DNA from: Trichoplax sp. H2 | Lineage: Eukaryota | Length of the DNA stretch: 64,000 nt | Direction of reading: 5' to 3' | Assembly: GCA_003344405.1 (NCBI GenBank) | Contig: NOWV01000012.1 | Location: 62,001 to 126,000, forward strand | In this document: positions 28,201 through 41,365 of the stretch, in pieces | How the letters are laid out: each line of letters begins with the position of its first letter | How positions within the stretch are numbered: the stretch's first letter is position 1 | Notes under the pieces: generated by a model | What the model was told of the DNA's origin: nothing | The model's input: only the letters and a program-made list of their open reading frames with translations | Databases searched by the model: none | Position numbers and translations under genes: made by a program

Positions 28201-28843
28201 TTCTGATTAACTCAATGTTAACTAGAACTATTATGCAATTATTGTGCTGTATAACCCATTTCTACTATTACCTAATAGGTAGAACTAATTAGTTTTTAGA
28301 GTTTAGATAGCTGCACTAAATCATTGCACTTGAGAATAGATAAAGAACAAACTTACCGTAACACAAATCCAACAAGGATCCACCGCTACAGAATTCCATA
28401 CAAATGCCTAAAAATTCCTGACCCATTTGACCCTTAATGAAGCCATGCGCGAAATACTCAACAATATTTTTATGCGAGTTTGACCTTAAAATATCGACTT
28501 CTGCTGCAACATATTTCGTGTGATATCCTTGAAAATTTTACAAGAACTTATTAAATAATCTCAACCAATAATCGAAAAGATTAGCAAGCGTAATATACTG
28601 TTACATCCAAACAACAAGATTTGCGTTACTTGTTGGAAGCTTAATCATCTTCAGGGCAATATTCTTCTTTATAGCTGGTAATTCTACCTATTGTAAAGGT
28701 TACATACAGCAGCTAAAACGGATAGCTCTACAAGCAGAATATAGTAAATTTTTAATACTAACTTTATACACACAACCAAAGGCACCTTTTCCCAGAATTG
28801 ACAAGAATTTAATTGTCCATTGAGGATTATCTTGGTTTGACAT
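13243..28843 (-). CDS. MAP4K: GCK-I/MAP4K-type STE20 kinase with long linker and C-terminal CNH domain (~1600+ aa). Exons: 28843-28763, 28687-28630, 28527-28357, 25777-25722, 25616-25569, 25458-25416, 25339-25267, 22720-22669, 22469-22375, 22277-22212, 22040-21959, 21886-21818, 20090-18317, 18236-18138, 17898-17833, 17726-16910, 16826-16719, 16628-16484, 16378-16285, 16177-16116, 16024-15949, 15584-15473, 15369-15308, 14972-14866, 14720-14623, 14505-14417, 14237-14172, 13992-13900; tentative 13529-13459 and 13351-13243
   Basis: Phase-compatible exons give LGKGAFGCVYK, IALK, EVDIL..HKNIV, CMEFCSGGSLLDL, EEDVIAFVCREVLLGLEFLH, IIHRDIKTANIL, ADFGLS, WMAPE, DIWAVGITALEM and F.TFLDSCF. CNH-like segments: RIHKAAIW, FIILGTETGI, DPYDNQRCFLCAQLSDSILIMKY, EDYPFLCVGV, QFNNSTVLVC. 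The 3' end below 13900 is uncertain. Confidence 0.85.
21090..21259. repeat. Dispersed ~170-bp repeat, copy 1 (inside a MAP4K intron); possible non-autonomous mobile element
   Basis: Near-identical to 30690-30859 (taaacgggcctatccggtt...ataataaaatcg), with about three substitutions. Contains cctaaccctaac. Confidence 0.85.
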
Positions 28844-30669
28844 GCTTCCGACATTGAAATTCTATATAGGGCAAAATTTGCAAAACGATATGGAAACGAT
28901 TATTCTCGGTTTCCAGTCTGTAGAATTCCTGTAGTTCTATCAAATGGCAAAAGATCTTTTCCTGTAGTCGCTATTACTTACTTGTCAAATATTGTTTCCG
29001 CAATAAATGGGACATTACTTCTAAATTTGTCGCGCTAAATTCATCATGATAATGGCTATCCATAACTACTGGTACTATTTTATATAGCAGTATAATAGAG
29101 GTTATACTCTTATAATTTCTTAAAATGAAACATCTCAGATATGTAAATATCCACTTTTGGTAAAAAAGATTTAATACTTAATACAATTTCCTAATACGCA
29201 CTTACATACATTACCATGTGTTTTTATTTACTGTTAAGACCGAAGTATAAAGAACGCAATACATATCCCTACTCTAATTTAACGCCTTTATGGAATAACT
29301 TACATTAATGAGTTGTCCATACCAGGCATTATTTAATTAGGATCCAAAAGAATGTCTCATCCAGTAAAATAGCTCCCAGTTGGTGAATCTTATAAGTACA
29401 TTTACGCTATTGCATTTCTAAAAATGTCTTCAAAAGTACAGTAATACAGCTCTGCGCGAATACGGTAGAAAACAATATCTTTAATTCTTTCAATTAAGGT
29501 TAAACAAAAGCAAGAACTCTAATATGGAATACCTTGCAAATAGCCAAAACTTGATATATTCACCGTTATCCCGCTCAACCACCCTTGAAACGAGCAGCGC
29601 CGGGGGTATTTATACTACTGTTAGATGACTGCGATTATGGGTTCATTTCAATAGGTCAGTATAAGATTCTTACAGTATTTTTACCTTAAGATTTCATGTA
29701 AAACGAATAGCTCTAAGGTAGTAATTTCTACAGAGTACTGATTTTTAAAATAGTATTCGTTATATCGCTAAGGGTGACCACTGGGCCTTTGAATTTTGGT
29801 TTGATGTAATACTCTGATGAAAATTGAATAAACATAGAATCTTTATAGAGTTTTCTACACAGCCATTTTGATTGTTACATTTTCTTATAACGGTTGTTAT
29901 CGACAGAGCAAGTTTGCTTGCATACGCAAGCGATCCTTAGACACATTATAATGATTGGTATAGAATTGACCACAGTACGAAGGACATTGTACCGCACTGT
30001 AGATATCTTACAGTACCTGCTAATCTTAACTTGGTATGTCCATCACCGTACATTAGTTATCATAATGTGCTTTGGACCATTAACTAATCTTAATATAGCA
30101 TTTCATAGCATTTCATCCTTCAATGCATTATTGAAAAGTAGTATTCTAGAAGCATAGCTGTGAATATAGTAGTGCCTGGCTATTACCGGAATATATATTA
30201 TGTCGAATGGTAATACTATCTGCTGATTATTAACAAATGAGTACATTATCGTAAACCGTCAGCAAAGCGACGCGAGTTTGTACTAGTAATGATCAGTTTT
30301 GCGCTTCTCCAGATTTGAATAGTTAATGCGCTGTACATATATTTAAAAATGAACTAACTATAAAATATTAAATATTATTTGGCAGCGGCAATATCGTTAC
30401 TTACATTAATATAGACTGGAAATGATGGTGCATAGCTTATTGATCAATCATAATTAATTATCGACTTTGCTCGAATATTTTAACTTTATTATTGATATTT
30501 AGGCTTGCTATAACAATTTAGAGGTAATTCCGTAGTGGTTTAAAGTCGGTTCATGAAAAGTCCTCCGTTTGTATATTGCGGTCACTAGTAACTTAATGTT
30601 TTCTCTCTTACTGGGGCTATTAAGCTAGACGTACTAATGTGCGAATTCGACGCGTTAATTGATCCAAAC

Positions 30670-30689
30670 NNNNNNNNNNNNNNNNNNNN
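30670..30689. other. Assembly gap (20 N)
   Basis: Run of n characters. Confidence 1.
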
Positions 30690-30859
30690 TAAACGGGCCT
30701 ATCCGGTTAATAGTACCAGACACAAATCGGACCACCAGCGATATCCTCACCCTAACTTGACTACTTTAGAGTGATGATATATTAATTCAAATTGCCAAAT
30801 GAATTGTCAGCTTATTATAACGTTTTTTTCAGTATGAATTAACTTTAATAATAAAATCG
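30690..30859. mobile_element. Dispersed ~170-bp repeat, copy 2, truncated on the left by the gap; appears inserted relative to the empty site near 30409
   Basis: Matches 21090-21259. It is followed directly by atatagactgg..., whose other copy at 30409 is preceded by unrelated sequence. Confidence 0.55.
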
Positions 30860-31678
30860 ATATAGACTGGAAATGATGGTGCATAGCTTATTGATCAATC
30901 ATAATTAATTATCAACTTTGCTCGAATATTTTAACTTTATTATTGATATTTAGGCTTGCTATAATAATTTAGAGGTAATTCCGTAGTGGTTTAAAGTCGG
31001 TTCATGAAAAGTCCTCCGTTTGTATATTGCGGCCACTACTGATTTAATGTTTTCTCTCTTACTGGGGCCATTAAGCTAGACGTACGAATGTGCGAATTCG
31101 ACGCGTTAATTGATCCAAACTCACTTCGGATCTATAAATCAGACCTTTAAAGATTCACTAAATGCTGCTAAATTTAAATTAGACATGGATCGATTTAATT
31201 CAATATCAAATCACAATAATAATTTCCTTCTAGGATCTACCGGAATAGGCAATAATATTAGTGCTACATGAATGAATATGGTACCCTACAGTGATTTTGT
31301 GATAAATAGTCCTCTTTATCTTAGCCTACGCTACTACAATAAGAAATTATAATCTAATTTTTATGGCAAATGCTTCCAAGTCAAATAGCTATAATGTTAC
31401 ATAGGCACATGTTTTTAACGTACTTTATACAGTGGATCTAGATTCAATAGTATAAGTAATATCATACACCAGTCACAAATTCATATATCGTTATGTGATA
31501 TTTATTGCATCTAGATATGCGCACGGCGATATTTTAATCTTTAAATCATCAATTCGAAATTGGAATTCCATAAGTACAACTGATATGGTAAGCTATAATA
31601 TTTTTGTTATTAGTAGAATAAGTCATCTGAGGAATTAGACACTGGCTATCGTTAAATAATATAGATCATAGACATATT

Positions 31679-34600
31679 TTAAAATTTTGTGCACTCGTAA
31701 CCATCAGCCCATGGCTGTTTCTCCCCAGAAGCGAAAAAGAAGTAAACTGCTCCACCGAGGATATATAGAGCAGATGATATATAAAATACCATCGTCCATT
31801 GTTCAGGTTTCTGCAAGTTTAAACATTAAATTTCCATCAAATCTCCCCTTAGGAATCCTAAATTTCTTAAATTAGTTCAAACAACGTGATACTTACCTCC
31901 TCAGTTGTTAAATACCCCACTAAAATTGGACTGACAATGCCAGGAATACTAGCGCAGAAATTCGTCATTCCCAACAATAAACTTGCATACTTCGGAGATA
32001 AATCCAAGTGATTCACAAGATATCCCGATTTACCAAAGCCTGAAAACCCTACTGCAATAGTAACACAAGCAACAGCTGCAGCTTTGGATTTCATTTGTGC
32101 GGTAATAATGAGAAAGATAGCTTGTCCAAAACATGCTGTAAGAGCAAAGTGATAAGACATTTAATCAGTTTATAATATTTACATAGCAACTGATATTCTT
32201 TTCATCAAATTTTCAATGTTGAGTGACTTGTATTATTATATATATTTAAAGCTTTAATCAATTAACGAACAAAGTTACCTATAGTATTAAACAACTTCCT
32301 AACTGTGGTAGTAGTAAAAGTATTGCGACTTCGCCAATAATCTGCAAGCTGTCCTCCTAACTGGCATGTAATACTCAGACATAAATATGGCAATGCCGAT
32401 AAAAATCCAGTCTGTTAATAAAATATGTGTAATAAATAAATAATTAATTTTCAAAGGTCAATAGCTGATAACATTGTCATTAACATTCGAACTGACATCG
32501 TTATCCTTCAAATTATCCTAAATTTTCTATTCCCTTACTTTTTCAATATCCATTCCGATAACTCTACTAAAATAGGTTGGTAAAGTTGTTAAAAAAGTAT
32601 AAAATCCCCAATTTTCACAAAAATGAGCTACCAAAATAGCCCAAAATGGAGGAGAAGTTAATATAGACTTCCATGGTGGACTTTTCTATATCAATGAAAA
32701 AGTAGCCAATAAATACTCGTGTGATAGGGAAATAATTTTAATCCATTAAGATCTAGCGGTAAATATATATTACACTTTAATACTAAGTAATCCAAGATGG
32801 AAATGGCTTATATCCTGTAATATAACTAATCTATTATTAAATCTTCCCTAAATAATTTATTTTGCTGAAACTTTTAGGAAAGATAGAGTAAATTCTGCTG
32901 TGAATACCCCATGAACGAAACGTTATGATTCAGAATGGCTTAGTTAAGCATTTAATTAAAATCCCTTAATATAATAATCTGCAGACATTGTCAAAAGTAA
33001 TTTATCGATTGGTAGATTCTATATAGAATGTTGCATATTTTATTAAATCACGTTAGCTGGGATTGCTTAATTAGCTATTTAATTATAATTGTCAAATAGC
33101 ATAATCTTATTTATTTAAAATTTTATGAAAGGGTAGAAAAACTTAACAACAGAATATGACCTACAGGACTGACAGAGCCACCTCCTAATGGTGTAGTTTT
33201 ACGTAAATATTCTAATTCCTTAGGTGTAATGGTAGGATGATTACAAGGCTGATCGTAAATTATAGCAAACCATACGATATACCAAACGATCCCAATTACT
33301 CCTAAATTAAATTAATAAACAATCTGTCGTAAAATACATTTTAGATATAGAGCAGATGATATTCTAATTTCAATGGCAATTCACGACAATAACGAACTTA
33401 CCATAAAAGTAAAACACACTTGACCAGCTTAATCTTTTAGTTAATTCCCCTGCAAGAGGTAATCCAATGACGGTGCCAAAGTAAGCTCCTATAAATTTGA
33501 GCAGTCGATAATATGAGTAAGTGGAGTTAGGTACTGTAGAAATCTAGTTCTGGTTAAAATTGATCTCCATAGCTTTAAAGTAAGATTTTGGCAACAACAC
33601 TGTAGTAGCATATTACTACATTTACTAAACATCAATCATAGAAGCAATATACAAATAATATTGATTACTAGTCAAATACGAATAAATCTGGGCGATGTTA
33701 ATTCTAATAATCCTGCAATGAGTTATAACTTGGATTTCATTGATTTACATAAAGAAGGTCTTCTGAAATTAGTAAAAAACATATTACTAATAGAGTGCCG
33801 TAGGGTTAGTGTAGAGTTAGTGATATGCGATATGTAATACTAAAAAACTATCAAAAGTAAAAGTAAATATTCGTGCTAAAAATAGCAGTTGATATTTTTA
33901 CACTATTGGTATATAATATACGGTAAATCAACATTATTATAATAAATTGATCATTTTCCTCATTTAAGCAGCTGTTACTTATATTTGCTTATTAATGTAA
34001 CATATCATGTACGATAAACAATATCCCACCATTAATTTAGCCAACAATAAAGATAGAGTAAAATTTCAACGTCACCAATATCCATTTTTTACTATGTCCT
34101 CGTTCTTTAATGCTAAATATCGCTAACAATGATATCATTTTATGAGAATTTTCGAAGAATTGTTGCAAAAGATACTCTTCAGAAGCATTAGAAAGTTTTA
34201 TAGTAAAGTACTTTACTTCATTAGAAATAAAGAGAAATGGAATTGAAACATTATAGTAATCGTGAGGTAAAACCTTCTTTTTCAGCTGTCTGAATACTTT
34301 AACATTGGGCAAATTACGAGTGTAAAGTAATTTAGTTTAGTCATATAAAGCTAAAGTTGCTGCATATGATTTTCAAAGCAGCGATACTGTATTCTCAATT
34401 GGTAGTGATTATAAGTTAATCAGGGTCTATTGTAAGGAATTGAGACACTGCAGGCAAGTCAACTAAAGCCTTAAATAAATGAAATTTATCCCCATATTTG
34501 GTTAAATTAAGTAGTAGATTAATTTTATCAACCTAAAATTAATCTACTAGTTATTCACAATCTAAATTAAATAAGGCTATTGTACAGTATATTTACCCGA

Positions 34601-36612
34601 CATGGATATTGTCGTCAATTTACTCTTTTCCAATGATGGTGCCCAAACGCTCCATATTGCGTGCATTGCAGGATATGAAAATCCCTGAAAACATAAATTA
34701 CCCATTTAAAATAAATTTTTACTTAGTTCCGTTATTTGGTTCTACTCTGCTATACGAATATTTGTGATAGAGCAAAATTGTCTTAGAACAGAAAAAAATG
34801 TTTCTTCTCTATTCTATATTTTGGTATATTTAACAATAAAAAGTTTATACCTCAGCAATTCCCTCCATAATTCTTATTGCTATAAGGGCTAAAAAATCCA
34901 ATCGTGCAGCAGGTGCAGTGAATAAAGTAAAGATAGAAGTGAATAATAATCCAATCCCAAATGTCCTTGTTCCACCAGCATAACCAGCTATCCATCCACC
35001 TGGTATTTGTGTGATCATATAACCCATAAAAAATGATCCTAAGATAACGCCTAGTAAAAGTAGATTACCCATATAAATAATTCGATAATTAACAATATTG
35101 CTTAGCTTTACACTAATTAACAAAAAGTGCAGCCTATGTAGGGTTATTGGCGATTGATTTTTGTTAGTATGGTGGCAAATGAAAGTGGCTTTGACTTCAG
35201 TATATACAGTATACTGTATATACGTGTACAGTTCAATATCTTACCTTGCTTTGTTGTATCCCAGTCAAATTCTTTCATCTATATTAAGGATATGTAAATT
35301 GTCAATTCATTTGTGTCGAATGATCTCTATCCCTATTAATTTCGTTATTTAAAGGTTGTAGGAAAATGCTTTTTACTCTGGATGATGTCCTTCCATATAC
35401 AGCATGCTATTTCCTAGATTCTTTTTTAGTTATATATAGTACTGTAGTCAGAAAATTTGAAACTGTCTATTTTGAATACTGTACATTTATCAACTTTTAC
35501 ACTGCATGTTTGAAATAATATGCGTAAAAATCAAAACCATTGGCTTTAATTTTTTGTTTTGGTGTAAAGTTATAATCATAGATACGGTACTAAAGTACTT
35601 TCGCATATTGATAATTTACTGTAGAATTACGACCAATCCTTGCTTGTGCATAGTGAATATAGTGAATAACAAAAGAACAACTACAAAAACTCAAATATTG
35701 ATAGAAATTATACATGTATCTGAGATGATTTTTAGCCATGTTATGTAATCAGATTTCATTTACAACATAATCATCTAGTGGATTGGCTAACAAATCAATT
35801 ATTTGGTCAAAGATTTCGAGAGTAATTCTTACTGAAATGGTGGCTTTCGAATAGCAATGCTTTATTACTGCCAAGGGTCTGCGATAGCGAATCGCAATAA
35901 CGCAAACCTCATACTGATTCTTGATCACGTAGACCTTATCAGATTTCCAATAGTAGTGTATTTAAGTAGATTGGATAACTGTTAAATTATATCATTGAAG
36001 TGACCTTAAGGGAATATTTCTAAACTGATTACTTCCAAAAGTTGTGCGAACTTCACTAATGGCTAGTAGAAGAGGATTCACTTGAAGTCACCAGATTTCA
36101 TTTACAATACAATCATTCTGTGTGTGACATTACTATTAAAACTGATACTATTCCATCTAAGGAACTGTAGAGAAAATATCGCCAAATGATCGTTTTCTAG
36201 TTAATATTATTGATCGCATAAGGATATTGAAACAGAACACAGAATTTTTTTCTCTTCCACATGCCCGAACATTAGTATTAATGAAATTTTGAGTGGCTAA
36301 TATTTTCATTAAAAAATAGTAAAGTCTTACATGTACAGTTGTATTATGGCGATGAACTGTTTTATTTGAAACCATATCAACTAGAGCAACGCTTAAATTA
36401 ATTCGCATGCCATAAACCAAGCTAAATCCAAGAAATGACATAATTGCCAAGACATATCTCTTAGGTATAAAATCACGGCATCGAATGCGTAGCGATTTGG
36501 GCTCCTCTGGATCTTCATATCGAAATGCCGATGGATGCTTTTGCTCGTCATCTTCATTATCAATCAACTTGCGTTCTTCACTGCTACGTCTTACAGGATG
36601 ATTTCCTGACAT
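31679..36612 (-). CDS. SLC17A5: SLC17 anion/sugar-acid transporter, sialin-like (MFS). Exons 36612-36331, 35278-35245, 35050-34851, 34684-34597, 33488-33402, 33301-33165, 32685-32539, 32411-32279, 32135-31897, 31810-31679
   Basis: [132 protein letters not shown]-terminal dileucine-type signal EERKLI. Exact orthology within SLC17 is not tested. Confidence 0.9.
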
Positions 36613-38918
36613 TTTTAAGCAGATCAAATTATTTCTTTATAATGAATACGGAAACCAAGGTTGAACTTTTAATTGCCAACGATAGCTATTTTTCACTGTC
36701 GCTAGAGTGATTGAATTATTATTATATAATCGTAAGTAACCGCTATATCTTTGCTGTTACACCATCAGCTTTACTTTTGGCAATTAATGTTGATTTCTGT
36801 GATACGATAGCCAGCAGTTAGTGGTCCAATCATTTCAAGAAATTATTTCTTAAAGTTATGATCAAGTTACGGTCCGATCTTACCTGATAAAATATTAAGT
36901 CAGTTGCCGAAGGAATATCAACAACGATTGGAGCACTGAATAAATAAATTGGATAGAATAATATTATTATAGAGCCATACTGTATTGAGTTGTTATGCTG
37001 AATAATATCTATACATAGCTATCTTAGAATAGTTGATATATTTGGTAATTCTAGTAATGTAATGTCGCAGTTATGACCATCGATCTCAAAATTTATAAAA
37101 AGGCAAAACTGTAAGAAATTAGTTTGAAATATAATTAATTTGAGAGAAAATTTGATTTTGTAGGTTTCACTCTTTTCGAAGTTATAATATGTCCCCAATT
37201 TAGCACAGTTTAGCTACCAAATTGATGACTTGTAGCCAATAGCGAAAAATCTCTAGAGTCGTAATCACGATCGAAGGAGAAATTTATACGTATCCATATC
37301 TCCTCTTTATTCTCAGCCGTCGCCCCTTTTAAGCATCTAAGTGAGTTATATCAAAACTCAGAAAGGAAGAGAGATTTTTAAATTTACATAATTTCGTCAC
37401 GTAAAGAACCCTTTTATTGATTATGGACAAAAAAATTAAAGTAAAAACTGCCATAATCACTTGGCAGTAATCCAGAAACGATGCTTCGTACTATTTATAT
37501 AGAATAACCCGATCTTCTTAAGTCAAGAACAGGTTTAAATGCTACATAAAAAATTTTGAGTGGTATATAGTTTCATTTCGCCCAGCCAACTTCGAATCAT
37601 TTTTAACATTGCTTTCAATCTTGTTTTCTGTACTATTGGACTCATTTTTGTATCACAGTTATCTAGAAATGTGTACTACATGCTAAAAGTTTATGAACGA
37701 TGTATTCATATTTGATTTTTTCTATTATTTAATAACAGGGAAAAGTAAATAAAGTGATGGAAAAAGTAAAATTCGACACTATCTGATAAATTTTTAATTG
37801 GGTCACCTTCTTCCGGCTCAAATTCATGTAAATTGATATCTAATTTTTAATCTTACTGTATGGGAAGCTAGCCAGTGAGACTAAACCCAAGCAATTTATC
37901 CTTTCGACAGACCTTCATAGAATTCATTGGGCTAATTGGCAGGCAGAGTAAGCTCCATTACAGTCAACTCCATTATGGTAAACTCTGGTGGACTCCGGAT
38001 AATAAGTTAGTCTTTTTGCAAACTCAAATTTAGTACCCGTAGAAGGGCATTGTAAAGATGTAATCATTAAGAGATTCTACGGAAATTTAGAGCTCAAGTC
38101 CTAGCTTCCAATACTATAGTGGTTATTAATATACAGAAAAGTTTTTAAGTTTTCATTTTTCTCTACTGACCGAACACAGGGAATACTGGGCAAATTTTGC
38201 GGTAACTTCAGGTGATTACTATTGATCAAATTTGATAGCTTCCAAAGTAAACTAACAAATCTACTCATCTTAGCCGAATTCGATCATTTCAAGTTGAATG
38301 AACTGAAAGTACTGTGCTTATTAGCTATTACTACCTATTATGTATCGGCATATCATCAGTATTAATAAGAGAGCAGATGTACTTTTCCTGATTGAGCAAA
38401 TAAATGATTTATTGCTGTCCTGTACTTCGTAATTTAAATCAATAGAGCGATCATGAAGTCAAAATACAAAGCCGAGAATAAACTCATTAATCTATTTTTA
38501 GCTGTTTAACCAAGATTTTCGTGATTGTTTTAAACGTCGATATCAAAGCTATTTATTGTCAGGTTGAGCAATACTATATGATTTTTATAACCATGATTCT
38601 ATTTGATGACCAACTAAATTTTTAGACGTAATCGGAGAATCGTCATCAAGTAGAATAATAATCGTAATCCAGTCGTAATACGCACATACACGTATAATAA
38701 TGTACTAGTCAGTAGTTATTAAAGTATGCATTTAAATTAAAATTTGCTATATAAAAATAAAAATTATCTATAGGCTTACTATTACCTTCTAAAGGCCTTG
38801 TCTAAATTAATACAAAATTAGTATTCTTAACTGTTATGATGAGCATAGTGGAATAAAAATTTTGAACTCCATTTTTACGTCTATTTATGTAATTATTTAT
38901 TATTTATTAGACACAGAT

Positions 38919-39056
38919 ATGCCGTATGGTCTAACTATAACGATGTGCATGAAGTTAACGCTCATCATTTTGATGTCGTCGTTATCATTGGTCCAAGCGA
39001 GCGTTCTTCTAAAACGAATAAGCAATCGTGATAGTACCGTAGTTATTCATGAATAA
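38919..39056 (+). CDS. Candidate small secreted peptide (possibly one exon of a larger gene)
   Basis: Acceptor-like ttattagacacag at 38916, then MPYGLTITMC-MKLTLIILMSSLSLVQA-SVLLKR-ISNRDSTVVIHE*. Signal-peptide-like segment plus a dibasic site. No homolog recognised. Confidence 0.25.
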   Translation: MPYGLTITMCMKLTLIILMSSLSLVQASVLLKRISNRDSTVVIHE

Positions 39057-41365
39057 CTGCTCTAAATCTACTATTCTAACTATAAACCTTATTAAAAGTA
39101 GCAAAGTACTTTCTTCTAACACTTTGTATTTCAAAATTTAATGATCATGAAATGAAGCGATTAATAAAGTATTTTTCGTCAGGAGTTGTTAGTTTTGTAT
39201 AGTCATGAAATACTAATTATGATATCCTATGATGACTATCATAATCCGAAGTTCTTAGTCACTACATCTTTAGACTTTCGAAAGTAAGGAATTCTCAATC
39301 TTTAAGTTACTAACAAATGCCTATCTTCTTTAATGGATCATCCCCATATCGTACACTTACGCACGCTGTACTGTACACTATTAAACTCCTTGAAGGAATT
39401 AAAATTTACTTTCAGTCCTCTTATTAGTAACCAGACTCCTCATTATAATAACTGTTTAAACTGTATACAGATATTAGAATACTTTCTGATAAATTTCACT
39501 CTTCTATTTAATTTCGAGCATCTCATAAGGTTCATTTCTCCACTTTAAATAAATTACGTAACCAATAAACACGGATGGATCTATAAGTACATAAACCAAA
39601 TCTGTATTTGATGCGAGATAAAACGGACAGTAAAAAAATTATTAGTCACTGATGAATGAATGACCGTAATTTAATAACGGTTCTACTTGCTGTAACCGCT
39701 TATAAAATCATGCTAATTTGTGCTCATGACTAGATTAAAATTGGATCGGCATGTAAAAATTCTCGTCGATTGATAGAACAAATCGGTTCTTTTAGACGTC
39801 ATGACACTCTCTTGAATGATTGACCTTTTAAAACATCGATACAATTCCACAAGGAGTAAGCTTGACTGAGATACTGCTCCTATGAAAACTATTGGCACTA
39901 CATAATTGTGATAGATTTGATTTTTCACTACTAACTCGATCATAAATGAGTAAAAAATCTCTTGAGAGTTTTAATAAGTCCCTGGTAACGGCATCATTCG
40001 AAATTTTGGTGCGTACCAATATTTTATAACAAATACACAGCATGATGATAAATTTATATGTTTTCTGCTTTCTAAAATAATGATTCCTGGTCTATTCTTG
40101 ATCTTAAAGTTGCAATCACTATGGTAAATTACTTTCCTTACAGTTTTAAAGTCTACGGAATACTGCAATAACTACCAATCAAAGATCATCGAATTATTCA
40201 CTTATTGCAGTATACTTATTTTCAGTTATCGCTTACCGTTTTAGCCTGATCTTTAATATCTGCTGCAGGCTAATCAAACTCCTTGTTCAGTTTTTTGTGA
40301 ATAACGTCGTATTAATTTCACGATCAAGTCAGATGAACTATCGAAAATTACTATCCACTACTGTACTTTTGTAGTAGGAGAAACCTCCTCATCTGTTATT
40401 GAAATCAATAAGTCATAATCGCCCCTTTATATTTGCAAGGCTAAATTATACAAAAAGACAATAGAAGTAGCCATTAGACTCGTAACAAGTAACTGCTGAA
40501 ATAGTATAGTAGTTGTTACTAGGTAACACTTTAGCCATTGTAAGTCCAATAATAGACTGTTTGTATAATGGTTAATGAAGTAGTCAGATAAAATTGATTT
40601 AACGTCTCATTTAAATTCTTCTTGCATGTATTTCTACTGTTCTACGTGCAATTTCTGGATACCTTAGAGCTTGCAAGCTTACGGAGAGATCAATTTTTTA
40701 AAGCGTGGTAGTTACCAAGTATTCTTTCTAAGAGAAAATGTCTTGATTATATAAATTATTGAACGTTTTATCTCATTCCTTCGCTTCTCGATTTACCTGA
40801 TATTTTGTGTTTACTGTTGTGCGATACCACAACAAAAACATACCAAAAATAATTTCGAAATGTCATATGACTGGGGCATTTCTCAATTTACTTGTGATAT
40901 CTTTCTTGATATTACAATATTCAATCATAACCATAACGTGTCTTAAAACCGGAACCAAATTTTTTAATATGATTACGATAATATTCCAACAACTAGGCTG
41001 GAATAAAAATTCTACAATATTTAGGCAAACTACGATAACCGGTAAATTTTTACTTGCATCTATTGTACAAGTATAAGTCACGTTCCTGGTTGAAATTCTT
41101 TGTCAAATAGACTATATATACGAATATCGTGCAAGCAATTGCTTTCCAGATTTTAGAGATATGATAAATTTGCAAATTGTGAAACTAGCAGAAACGATCT
41201 GATAAAAAAATATACCATTTGATCGTTGTAAACAATAGTTAGAATTTAGTAATGAATATTCTAATGGCTATCATGAAGGTAAAATAATGGCTACTTTTAG
41301 GAATACAAGTAAATATTAAAGACATAATAGTATATAATAACATTCAAACTAATAGTTTTACTGCA

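Larger units (their letters stand above)
30409..31119. repeat. ~260-bp direct duplication flanking the gap (30409-30669 vs 30860-31119)
   Basis: atatagactggaaatgatggtg...gttaattgatccaaac occurs twice, with a handful of substitutions. The first copy ends exactly at the gap. Confidence 0.95.

Noticed and set aside
31679-31810. Frameshift in the last SLC17 exon
   Set aside because: Re-reading gives an intact frame [43 protein letters not shown].
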